DNA of 64,000 nt, from the NCBI GenBank assembly GCA_050613775.1, contig JBODTK010000012.1, positions 186,001 to 250,000 of the forward strand, read 5' to 3'. Shown here piece by piece: positions 25,433 through 37,265 of the stretch (within the stretch, counting starts at the first letter, position 1; every line of letters begins with the position of its first letter). The position numbers were made by a program, and so were the translations under genes. Source of the DNA: Neocallimastix sp. 'constans' (taxonomy: Eukaryota). Below the pieces are notes generated by a model. That model ran no database searches and was not told the origin of the DNA. It was given only the letters and a program-made list of their open reading frames with translations.

Positions 25433-27197
25433 ATCAAGGTGATTCTCTTTTCTAAGGTAAGGTTATTGTTAAAAAGTAAACAGGTTGAATTTAACGAGGA
25501 ATCAGGTTGATATATCTATATAATATAACTATATAGATATAAGTAAATTACTAAAATAAAAGAGTTATAAAGTTAAATTTGTTAATTTAACACTTAATTA
25601 AAACTAATAATTGGTTTGATATGATAAAAATTTTTATTTATTAATAAAAATATATAGTTATATTATAATAGGTTAACTATAACCTTACAAAGGACAAAAA
25701 GATAAATTTGAATTTTCTTTTTATACTTTGTAGGTTTGAGAATATTGATAATAATAATATAAAGTTGATAATAATAATATTTAGTATAAGAATATGTTTA
25801 ATATAAATAAATTATATTTTTTAATCTAATATATTAGCTAATATATATAATATAATATTAAATTTAAATATTTAATATAGTAATTAATAATTAATAATTA
25901 ATTAAATCAATATAACATAAATTAATACATAAACATTAATTTATGAATCAAGGATGACATGACCAAATGATTCATGTTAATAAATATTTTATTTATTAAT
26001 AATATTTAAGTTTAATATGATATCATTAGAATCAGTAGGCCTAAGCTGGTCCTAAGATGATCAAATAACTTATAATATTATAAAATAAATAAAATTTAAA
26101 GAATAATTAATGAATTATAAATTTTTATTAATTATTTTGTTTTTAATAATTTTAATTGAAATTAATTGAAATTGAAATTTAATTCAGTTGTAATTTCGAC
26201 ATATATTCTTGATAACCTAAACTTAATAATAAAATTTAATTTATTTTGATATAAATTAATTTTAACTTGTAAATAATGTAAATAAATTTTAATTAATTAT
26301 TTTATTGTTATATTATTAAATATATGTATATTAAAATACAATTGTAAATATTAAAATTATACTTTTAAGATACTAAATTATTAAAACTATTAATTAAATA
26401 TTATTATAAAAATTATTATAAAATTATTAAAATTATTAATTAAATATTATTATAAAAATTATAAAATTATTAAAATTATTAATTAAATATTATTCTAAAA
26501 ATTATTATAAATTATTAATATTATAAAATTATTAAAATTATTAAATATTATTATAAAAATTTATTTATTATAACTATTAAATATTATTATAAAATTATTA
26601 AGATTATTAATTAAATTTATTATTAAAAATTATTATTAAAAATTTTTACTTATTATAAAAATTATTATTTAAATATTATCAAATTTATTAATTAAATATT
26701 ATAAAAATTTTATTTTATTTTGAAAATAATTACAAGTATTATTTAAAATAATTAAAGATTATTAAATTTATTATATTAATCTTTAAAAACAATTTATTTA
26801 ACTTAAAAATATCAAAGAAAATAGTAAAAACTATTTTCTATATATTTATTTTATAATTATTTTTAATTAAATTATATTTGAATATTATATTATTATATTT
26901 ATAAAAATTAAAACAAAAATGAATTATTGATATAAAATTAATTCAATAATTCTATAAAATTACTTAAATTATAAACAACTAATTATACCTTAAATTCATA
27001 AAAAATTATAAATATTGTAAATATTTCTTAAAAATTAAATATGTGTACTTTAAATAATAAAATTTTATATTAATAAATAATAAACGCTTTTTAATAAAAA
27101 AAAAAAAATTTTTCTTTGTTAAAATCAAAGCAGGGTAATACCCGTCCCCCCCTGCTTGATTTTAAATCAATAAGAATCACCCCGAGTCTACCATGTT

Positions 27198-28029
27198 TGT
27201 TACGGTACAATTAAATAAAGAAAAATTAAACTATTTAAAGAAAATATTAAAGTAAAAAATATCATTAACAATTATAAATAAATAATAAAAAATTGAATAT
27301 TAAAATATTAGTTATAGAATATTATAAAGTTAAATAAAAATAATTAGATGTATTAAAAAATCATGTATTAATTATATTATTTAATATTGTAAAATTTTTA
27401 TATAATATTTTAATAATTTAGAAAATTTAAGTTTATTATATTTTTATTACTATATTTTTATTATTAAATTTTTATTATTAATTTTTTTATTTTTATTTTT
27501 AATCCAATCAAATAAATATTTTATTAGTATAAAAAAGAACAAAGTAACACAATACTTTTGTTCTCTCCCTTTTTTTCTTACGACTTTATTATTATATTAT
27601 TTTTTTAATATTTTCTAAAAGTTAAATAATAAATTAAATAGTTTAAAATAAATTAAAATTTATTAAATAGTTTTTTCTAAATTTAATGTTTTAAAAGTGT
27701 TTAATTAATAGTTTTTTGTGTTTAGTGTATAATATTAAGATAAATATAGTATAAAATTAGTTTAGTAATAGATTAGTTGTATTAAACATTTTATAGAAAT
27801 AGTAATAGATTTAGAGAAATTGTTTAGTTTAGATTAGAATAGTTTAGATTAAGATATTAGTTTAAGTTATTTTAACTTAGTTTAAATTCTTTTAGATTAG
27901 GATAGTTTAGACTAAAATTAGAGTAGTTTATTAATTAATTTAGGTTTAGAATTAGAGAATAATATTTTAAATTTTTCCTTATTATTAGAATATATTATTT
28001 TATTAATAAAATCTTCAGATCTTGTACCA
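27198..28029. mobile_element. Stack unit C: solo-LTR-like element, TSD TGTT
   Basis: TGTTACG...GTACCA termini. TGTT at 27194-27197 and 28030-28033. Confidence 0.7.
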
Positions 28030-28032
28030 TGT

Positions 28033-29758
28033 TGGTGTAATAATTCTATTAAGAACTAACTCAAAATAGAATTATTAACTACAACTTAACGACTAATTCA
28101 TTAAGTTGAGAAAATAAAATAAAATAAATTTTTTTACCTTTAGAGTAGAGTTTATTATAAAATTAATTATAATAATAACACAAAAAGTAAGAAAAGAATT
28201 GTTTGTATAAATTGATTTTAAAAATATGTTTTTGAATAAAATATTTTTATTAATTTATTAAAGTTAAAAATATAAAATTGTTACTATTATAACTATGTTT
28301 TTTATAATAATAACTCTTGATTTCTCAAAGAGAACTCAAGAGCCTTATTTATATTTTTTTATGAAAATAAGGTTAAATAAGAAAGGGTTTTCTAATCTTA
28401 ACAAATCTCTTATCTAGGAAAAGATTAGATAGAAAAACCTAGATAAGTTTCCGATCGATATTCTATCCATATCGATCATCGCATTAATTAAGTAAAACCG
28501 ATTACTTCTAAAAAGTAATTGGAAAAAATCTTAATTAACCGATTTTCCAATCTAATGATCGAAAATAAAAGAATAAAATAATAAAAGATATTTCGATCAT
28601 ATAATTTATCCTTATATTAAAAATATAAAATTAAATAGTTAATAAAATACAGAATACATTATAAAATACAGAATACATTATAAAATACAGAATAAAATAC
28701 AATACAAAATACATTAGTTACAGTAGAGAATTTAGCATATTGTAAATATATTATTTAAAATTAATTAAATAAATTTTGTTAAATTAATGAATATTTAAAA
28801 TTAAATTAAATAATTTAATAAATATTATATGTAATTAAATAAAGTTATAGTTATAATAACTTAACTAAGAAAATATAATTATTTGCTAACAAATAATTAT
28901 AGATTCTTACAGTTGGTAAAGAACGAACATATAATGGATTATTAATTAGAATTTCAACTTACTTTAGAATCCATTATATTATTCTTTACTTAATATTACT
29001 TTACTATATTTTCTATACTAAAATATTTTCTAAATATATTTTTTTTTTTTTATATTTTTATTAAAAGTTTCTAAAATATTATCAATAATTTTATATTTTT
29101 ATTATTAATATCAATATCTATAATTTAATCTTAAATTTTATTATTTTATTAAAGTGTTTATTATCAATATTAATATTTTATTTTTATTTTCAAATATATT
29201 ATTATATTATTATTATATTGTATCAATATTAAACTTGTATTCTTTTTAGTATTTTATTTTATTTTTAAATTGATTATTTTATATTTTTATTCCCCACAAA
29301 TAAAATCAAATCTTAATTGATTAATAATAAATATTAAATATATTATAGTTTTTAAATTTATTTTATATAAAATATAAGAATATTATATTAACATTCTTGA
29401 TTAAAATAACTTTATTTTTCTGTAAAATCTTTTTAAATTTTGTTTGTTACTTTTCGTATATATTAAATAATTTAGTTTTAGTATATGAAAAATAATATAA
29501 AATTATGTAAACAAAATTTATTAAAATAAAAATACTTATGAATTAGTTAATTTAAATTAATATAAAATTTTAAGTAATTAGTAATAGTAAATATTTTTTT
29601 TTAAATATGATAATAAAATGTAGAAAGGCTTTACATATTTATTTTTTTTTTTTCAAAAAGTATAAATAAGTGAAGTTTTTCAATAATTAAAATGTAGACA
29701 GAAAAATATTAAAAATAAATAATTAAATAAAAATTCTAATAAAACCCGAACCATAACA
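28033..29758. mobile_element. Stack unit D: solo-LTR-like element (TGGTAAAG...CATAACA), TSD TTGT, interrupted by the solo LTR at 28036-28911
   Basis: Removing the nested LTR restores TGGTAAAGAACG. TTGT at 29759-29762 matches host sequence 18244-18247. Confidence 0.6.
28036..28911. mobile_element. Solo LTR, 876 bp, TSD GTTGG
   Basis: TGTAA...TTACA ends. GTTGG at 28031-28035 and 28912-28916. Inverted relatives at 29767-30600 and 38441-39284. Confidence 0.85.
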
Positions 29759-29766
29759 TTGTTAAT

Positions 29767-30688
29767 TGTAAGAATCTATAATTATTTTTAAATAAAATAA
29801 TTATTTTTTCTTAGTTAAAGATATAATTATAACTTTATTTAATTATATAAAATTTATTCATTTAAATATTATTAATAATTTATTTAACCCATATTAAATA
29901 AATTTAATACAACAAAATTTATTTAATTAATTATTATTTATACATTTATTAATAATTATAGTTTATTTAATTATACATTTAATTATTAAATTTATTAGTT
30001 TTAGTTTATTTATTTAATTAAATTGTAAACAAATGTATTATGTATTCTAATATGTATTTTAATAATGTATTCTGTATTTTGTTTATTAATATCATTATGT
30101 TATTTTCCTTATTTGTAAATTTATAATTTTATGATCGAAATATCTTTTATTATTTTATTCTTTTATTTTCGATCAATTACATTAGATTAACGAATCGGTT
30201 AATTAGGGTTTTTTCCCAATTACTTCTTAAAAGTAATTGGTTTTACCTAATTGATACGATGATCGATATGGATAGAATATCGATCAAAAATCTTATCTAG
30301 GTTTTTCTCTCTAATCTTTTCCTAGATAAGAGATTTGTTAAGATTAGAAAACATTTTTTAATTTAACCTTATTTTTCAAAAAAGTATAAATAAGGCTCTT
30401 GAATTCTCTTTGAGAAATCAAGAGTTATTATTATAACAATTATAATATAGTAATAACATTAATAAATATTTTATATTTCTATTTTAATAAAGCAAGTTTT
30501 AATAAAACAAATTTAAAAATAAAATAAAATAAAATAATCTTTTTCCTTTGTCAATTCTGTGTTATTAGTTTATTATAATTAGTTATAATAAACTCTTTCC
30601 TATAGAAGATAAGTATATTCCCTACTGTTATCGTCCAAATAAAATAAAATAAATATTGATATTGATGTTTAATAAAAATATCGTATCA
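29767..30688. mobile_element. LTR related to 28036-28911 in opposite orientation; right boundary uncertain (stack unit E)
   Basis: Reverse-complement similarity, e.g. the cgatatggatagaatatcgatc and ctctttgagaaatcaagag blocks. Region ends CGTATCA before TTAG. Confidence 0.6.
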
Positions 30689-30692
30689 TTAG

Positions 30693-31661
30693 TGGTAAAG
30701 AATGAATTAATAACCTTTATTTTATTATTAATAATTCTTTACTAAATTGTACTTTCCTATATTCCTGATAACCTAAACTTAATAATAAAATTTAATTTAT
30801 TTTGATATAAATTAATTTTAACTTGTAAATAATGTAAATAAATTTTAATTAATTACTTTATTGTTATATTATTAAATATATGTATATATTAAAATACAAT
30901 TGTAAATATTAAAATTATACTTTTAAGATACTAAATTATTAAAATTATTAATTAAATATTATTATAAAAATTATTATATACTATTAATATTATAAAATTA
31001 TTAAAATTATTTAGTATTATTATAAAAATTTATTTATTATAACTATTAAATATTATTATAAAATTATTAAGATTATTAATTAAATTTATTATTAAAAATT
31101 ATTATTAAAAATTATTACTTATTATAAAAATTATTATTTAAATATTATCAAATTTATTAATTAAATATTATAAAAATTTTATTTTATTTTTGAAAATAAT
31201 TACAAGTATTATTTAAAATAATTATAGATTATTAAATTTATTATATTAATCTTTAAAAACAATTTATTTAACTTAAAAATATCAAAGAAAATAGTAAAAA
31301 CTATTTTCTATATATTTATTTTATAATTATTTTTAATTAAATTATATTTGAATATTATATTATTATATTTATAAAAATTAAAACAAAAATGAATTATTGA
31401 TATAAAATTAATTCAATAATTCTATAAAATTACTTAAATTATAAACAACTAATTATACTTTAAATTCATAAAAAAAATATAAATATTGTAAATATTTCTT
31501 AAAAATTAAATATGTGTACTTCAAAAATAAAATTTTATATTAATAAATAATAAATACTTTTTAATAAAAAGAATTTTTTTTTTTGTTAAAATCAAAGCAG
31601 GGTAATACCCGTCCCCCCCTTCTTGATTTTAAATCCATAAGAATCAACCCCGAGTCTACCA
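30693..31661. mobile_element. Stack unit B': solo-LTR-like element, 969 bp, 4-bp TSD TTAG
   Basis: TGGTA...TACCA ends. TTAG at 30689-30692 and 31662-31665. Confidence 0.85.
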
Positions 31662-32070
31662 TTAGTATTCGTTATATGGTCCTCCTCAAGGATTCGGATA
31701 CCAAACGAATCTTAAATTTAAATTATTTTTAAAATAATAAAAAACTAATCTATATTAATAATATATCAAATAAATTTTTAATCAAAGAATTATACAAGAG
31801 TAAATTTTCAAATACATCTTAATAATAAAATACATGAAATATTTAAATTTAAAAATAAAGTATATAAAAAGAAACTATCTAAGATACATGTTTTTAATTA
31901 TAAAATAAAAATAATAAACTTTAAGTAATAATAATAATAATTAATTAAACTAAATTATAACTAAAACTAAACTATAAAAATATTAGATTATTAATAAAAG
32001 TTAAAGTAATATATATTAATATTAAAATTATTGATTATTTGAAAAAAGTAAAAGGTAGTGAATTGTAGTT

Positions 32071-32776
32071 TTAGGGAGGTTTATTTTCATACGGAAGAAA
32101 AGTATCATATTTAAATATTTTAAATTGATAATGTTTTTTCTTAACTTTTGCAATGTTTGAATTATGGATTACAAGAAATAAAAAGTGATTTATATTTTTC
32201 TTTTTAATTTGAAATAATAAATAAATATTGATTGTTTGATTACTTGGATAAGTGGAAGAAAAATTTTGACCATTTGAAATAAAATTTTTAAAAGATTTTG
32301 AATTTTGATTAGTCTGAATAAGGTTTTCATGAAAATTTGAATTTAGTTTAACAAAGGAGTTCACCCTCTCCTTCGGAAAATTAGAATTATTATTTAAAGA
32401 TTTAGAGTTCTGAGTATGAATATATTTATTAATAGTGGGGTTGTTTGTACTAAAGGATTTATTAATTTTACTATGAAAAGAATCGGATATTGATATTTTA
32501 GCAGATTTGATAAAAGAATTATTGGATTTTCTAATAAATTTTTTGTCTTCATTTTCTTTAATATATTTCTTTAAGGCTAGAGATTCTTTTTCTGTTAGGG
32601 GATAAATAGGGCCATAATGAATTTTTTGCGTTTGGCTTTAGTTTAATTTCGCAATCATAAGGACGATGAGGTGGTAATTTATTAACAGATTTTTCGTCAA
32701 ATACATCCTTGTATGGAAGAAATTTTGCAGGTAGTATTTTTTGAATATCATTATTTATTTCATTAGTTTCATTATG
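32071..32776 (-). pseudogene. N-terminal RT fragment of the non-autonomous chromovirus-like element, running on into unrelated low-complexity coding sequence
   Basis: YKDVFDEKSVNKLPPHRPYDCEIKL...[10 protein letters not shown]...FIRKS, then non-RT sequence to the stop at 32071. Confidence 0.75.
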
Positions 32777-33847
32777 TGTAAAAATAAGAAAAATAAAATT
32801 AAAATAAAAGTTGGAATTACTTTTAAAATTATTAATTTCACAATTAGAAAATAATAAATAAGAAATTATAATAAATTAAAACTTTAAAATAAATATTCGT
32901 CTAAAAACGAATATATTAAATTAATGAAATAAATAAATAAAGTTAATAAAAAAATGGGCTTTAACTTTAAAAGTCCATAACTCCCCAAATCGCCGCGATG
33001 GAGGGTTAAAAATAGGCGAAGAGAAAAATAATTTCGTCATCATACGAGGTCTCAAAGCCTCCTAGATGTCGAGATATTTACATTTAAAGTTTAAGGGTGT
33101 TAATTAAAATTAACTAGAATTTTTTATAATTATTTTTATTATAATTTAATTATTAAAATATAAATAACATATATCAAATATAAAATATACCCTTATTAGA
33201 TTAGGAAATTAATTACAAAATAATTAATATTTTAATTTTTTAATTATCTAGATAATATTAAAGAAAACTTAAAACAAAATAAATAAGGGATCCAATTTAT
33301 TATTAAATAATTAAAATAAAAATTTATTTAGATTAGGAATTAATAATAGAAATATAGTGTAAAAATTTTATAAGCCATGTAAATATAGTTTAGGAAAAAT
33401 ATAAATAGTTTAGTTTTTATTTTAAATTAATCTTGGAAAAAGATTATTGAAAAATTATCTCTGACAATTTATCTTTAATTGAAAATTTTATTATAGAAAT
33501 TATAATTAAGACTTTCTATTTTATAAAAATTATATTGAACTTTTTATTATTAAACTTTTATATCAATAAATAATAAATAAAATTAATTTAATTTTAAAAA
33601 ACCAAAGTTTCTTTATTATACATTAATTACGTGTTACCAAATAAAATTTATATGAATTATTTATTCGGATTATATTCTAATTAAATAATCTATTGATTCA
33701 TAAAATAATTATCTTGTTTTAATAATAAAAGAACCCTAACCAAATAACAAATAAAATACAGAGTAAAAATTTTTCTAACCTAGTTATTCTAATCTTTAGT
33801 CTGTGTAACCTTGTATACGTATCCCAATCAGACTAAGTCTCTTTACA
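32777..33847. mobile_element. Solo LTR, 1071 bp, TSD TTATG, inserted between protease and RT
   Basis: TGTAAA...TTTACA ends. TTATG at 32772-32776 and 33848-33852. Confidence 0.8.
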
Positions 33848-33852
33848 TTATG

Positions 33853-35100
33853 TTATTCGTTTTTACTTGGGTTATGTTCTTCAGTACAAATAGAAACAGT
33901 AAAATTTGATGGGATAACAAGACAGTTATCAATACAATGATTTGATTTAAAAGAAAGTTTATTAGAAGTAAAGTCTATAGTAGGATTATGAGTAATAAGC
34001 CATTCAGTTCCAAGAATAGCACAATATGATGGAAGGTCAACTACATAAAATTTAGTTTTGCAAATATGGTTTTCATGCTGAATAGAAATTGATGAAGTTT
34101 TTCCTAAGATTTGTTGATTGTCTCCGATTCCAGAGACTCTAGGAAAGTCAGATTGAGAAGAATAAGGAATATTATTTTCTTTAACAAAATAGACATCAAT
34201 TAGGTTTAATTGAGATCCTGAATCAAGGAGAATTTTAATTTTTGTTTTAGAATTATTAACTTTAATAGTAAATTCATATATTGGAAGGTTTACATTTGGT
34301 AGATCGGAAATCCTTGGTCTAGTAATAGTTTTAGGTTCTAGATTGCTGATATGAACATTGCTTGAAGAGCTTTTATATTTATTTCTTAAAGGACAGTTGT
34401 TAAGTGAATGTTCAGAAGAACCACAGTACATGCATAGATTTTCTTTTCTTCTTTTATCTTTTTCTTCTTTCGATAATGAACTGCGAGTTTGAAATTTTGG
34501 TTTTCCTTTGGGTGGAGGTCTTCTGCTATTGTTATTTTTATTTGAATGATTTTGATGATTGAAAAATTGCCTCCTAGTTGAAAGTCGAGAATCAAGTCTA
34601 GCAGCAATTGTTTGTAGAGCAAAAAGAGTTTGTGGTCCAGGGAACATTTCAAGTATCTTGGTAGCTACTTGATCCTGTAGACAAATGAATGCATCCATTT
34701 TAGCTTCTTCATTCCAAGAAGACTCATCAGCATACTTGTTGAATTCCAAAATATAGCTTCTTATATCTCCAAGTCGCTTTTGTTTTATTGTTCGTAACTT
34801 TTGATTTGCTACGAAGGTAGCATCATTGTTCCCAAACATAGCTTTAAGTCTTCCAACAAAGGCTTCATAATTATTCAAGCATGGATTTTGGTTTTCTATT
34901 AAAGATGCGGCCCAATTCATAGCAGAACCATAGAGTTGAATTATTAAATATACAATTTTTGTTTTATCGTCAGCAAATTTGTCGGGATAGAGCATAAAGA
35001 CTAACTCTATCTTAGCAAGAAAACCTTTAAAGAAACGACGGTCTCCAGAAAAACCAGTTTTAAAAGTAGAATTATTATCAGTAAAATTGTCTTGTTCCAT
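33853..35100 (-). CDS. Gypsy Gag-protease, 415 aa
   Basis: FSGDRRFFKGFL...LYGSAMNWA (capsid), CMYCGSSEHSLNNC (zinc knuckle), LLDSGS...ILGTEWL (aspartic protease). Confidence 0.9.
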   Translation of the reverse strand: MEQDNFTDNNSTFKTGFSGDRRFFKGFLAKIELVFMLYPDKFADDKTKIVYLIIQLYGSAMNWAASLIENQNPCLNNYEAFVGRLKAMFGNNDATFVANQKLRTIKQKRLGDIRSYILEFNKYADESSWNEEAKMDAFICLQDQVATKILEMFPGPQTLFALQTIAARLDSRLSTRRQFFNHQNHSNKNNNSRRPPPKGKPKFQTRSSLSKEEKDKRRKENLCMYCGSSEHSLNNCPLRNKYKSSSSNVHISNLEPKTITRPRISDLPNVNLPIYEFTIKVNNSKTKIKILLDSGSQLNLIDVYFVKENNIPYSSQSDFPRVSGIGDNQQILGKTSSISIQHENHICKTKFYVVDLPSYCAILGTEWLITHNPTIDFTSNKLSFKSNHCIDNCLVIPSNFTVSICTEEHNPSKNE

Positions 35101-36086
35101 CTTTATGTATGTTTTAATTTAAAATTATTTTCAAATAGTAATGAAATAATAAATCAATTTTTTACAGGAATAATAATTAAGTAACTAGAATATAATCACA
35201 ACAATAAAAAACAAATTCTGTTACTTATAACAAGTAGGCGAACAAATTTATAAAAGCCTAAAATAAAAAATAAAAACTATATAATTTTAACGTCACTTCG
35301 CAAGAATGACAAGGGTTTTATCAGGGATCGAACCTGACCCACCTCTTATTTTATGCGCGAGTGAACAAACTATCACCTGTTGAAGTGTGTAGTAACCCTC
35401 AAGCGTTGAAGGTTTTACATTTCTAGGTGTTATAAACCTAATTGTCAAAGGTTGGCTCCTTTGAGATACCCGCATTTACTATCTACAAAATTTTGCAAAA
35501 TAGTAAATAAGAGTATATGAAATTAATATTTGGCAAGCCGACACTGTCTATACTCAAATATTAATTTCGTAAATTTGTTTACTTTTTACAAATATTTTTA
35601 AATTGATTTATTATTTATTTTATTATTCGTTAAAGAATAATATAGCAATTAAAATTAACTTTAAAAAAATATAAAGTATTAAATCTTTTGTTTCTTTTCT
35701 TTTCCGCACCGCTGTTCATTCAGTTTATCAACCGAAGAGCTGCAATATAGGACTTACGCCTCAGCCTACCAGCGAGGGTCGGTAACGTACTTAGAAAAGT
35801 ATATAAACAAAAGGTTTAAGATTTAAAAATAAGGAAGTGTTATACAAGACTTTCCTTGATTATATTAATTAAGTATTAACGTAATAATTTCTTCTATTAT
35901 TAGGAGAACTACGTATTTAGTTCCAAGATTTATTATACGAATTCCGAGGATGACTGTTTGAATAAAGAAAGTAGTAATTAAAACGAATAATAGGTAGAGT
36001 AATCTAAAGTTTTCTTTTAAGATATTAAAATTCATGTATAATTTTGAAAGAGTACTAAAAAAGTTATGATTCCAAAATGACAGAGT

Positions 36087-36270
36087 TCCTTAACAGGGTT
36101 TCCTTAACAGGGGTTCCTTAACAAGGGTTCCTTAAGTAGATATTTCCAAAAAGTAGATTCAAAGAGATAAATACTTCCAAAGGATAGTAGATCCAAGAGG
36201 TAAAAATTTCCAAAAAAATAAAAGATCCAAAAGGTAGATATTTAAAAAAAAATAGTAGATCCAAAGGGTT
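36087..36270. repeat. Tandem repeats in the retroelement 5' leader: four TTCCTTAACAGGG-like units, then TCCAAA...GTAGA units
   Basis: Visible directly. Confidence 0.7.
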
Positions 36271-37265
36271 CATGAATTCAGTGCCAGGTATTGTATGGTA
36301 GTAATAGGTGCTTTTATTGTAACGGAAACCTGGGTGTTCCAATACTAAAAGGACACTTAGAATAAGTAAACTAAACACAAGAATTAGTAAACACAAAATA
36401 TTAATATTGGAGCACTTGATTCCTTTGTTGATTAGGAAGGTCGGTGCTGAAATATTAGTAATATTGGTTTTATTTATTATTTTATTTATTTAATTATTTA
36501 TTTAAAAATTGTTTTATTAGAAAGATGTTTTATTACTAATAATAATAAACTACGTTAAAATACGATAAAAGCACGAAGAGAAATATTTTCAAGTGAAAAT
36601 TCATACCTATTTATACTTTTTACAGAAAAACAGTTTGTATGATTTTCAAAAATTTTAGAATCTTAGAAAAATCGTTTAAAACTGATTTTCTCGGTTAATT
36701 TAGAAACTAATGGAAAAAAGGATAAAATAAAATAAAAAATTCAATTTAATTATTAAGAATTTCTATGAAATTCTTAAAGAAAATACAGAAAGAATTAACT
36801 AGAACAATGAAAATAAAATATTCAAAAAGTAGGTTTAAGTGAATCAAACTCGAGTAGTTTGATTCATGGCTATAGCTCTAACGGCTATACCAAGATTTCT
36901 TTTTACAAATTTTAGTATTCGTTACAATTATATGAATATTATAATATAAAGAGTACATTTATTTAATAATATGGTTTACATGCAATTTATATATATCAAA
37001 TGTGGCTTTTATCCTTTAGACACTAACGTAATGTAATGTACATGATTAATGTATACATAGAATATTCACATATTCTAACATTCCCCCTCAAACCTAGTTA
37101 TTTTTATAGAATAAATTGGTTTGTTGATGAATATGTATATTTACATATTATGATAATTATTATTTAAATCTAAATTTTCTAAGACTAAATTTTCTCTAAT
37201 TTAGACTATTTTAATACATAAATTTCGAAAAATTATAATATATTATATAATTTCTTTTATGTAAA

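Larger units (their letters stand above)
19156..26201 (-). mobile_element. Young, nearly intact Ty3/Gypsy chromovirus. 735-bp LTRs at 25467-26201 (5') and 19156-19890 (3'); TSD TATAT.
   Basis: LTRs have equal length and look identical by eye. TATAT at 19151-19155 and 26202-26206. PPT GGAAGGGCG. gag and complete pol domains present. Confidence 0.95.
19105..27193. mobile_element. Stack unit B: about 1-kb solo-LTR-like element (TGGTA...TACCA), TSD TGTT, interrupted by the chromovirus at 19156-26201
   Basis: Near-identical to 30693-31661 once the insertion is removed. TGTT on both sides. Confidence 0.8.
17693..36926 (-). mobile_element. Non-autonomous chromovirus-related Gypsy element. 5' LTR 36318-36926; 3' LTR split as 17693-18244 plus 31666-31676; TSD ATTAT.
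   Basis: TGTAACG...CGTTA(C/T)A ends and near-identical U3 regions. ATTAT at 17688-17692 and 36927-36931. Contains gag-protease and only the start of RT. Confidence 0.82.

Noticed and set aside
31677..31696. TGGTCCTCCTCAAGGATTCG after an LTR end looks like a tRNA-Tyr-type PBS on the plus strand
   Set aside because: The coding strand, TATA box and self-priming decamer all put the element on the minus strand, where this reads GAGGAGGA before the 3' LTR, i.e. the PPT.
35755..35790. HDV-like ribozyme core (CCTCGCTGG on the minus strand)
   Set aside because: I could not build P1/P2/P3 with the required loop geometry.
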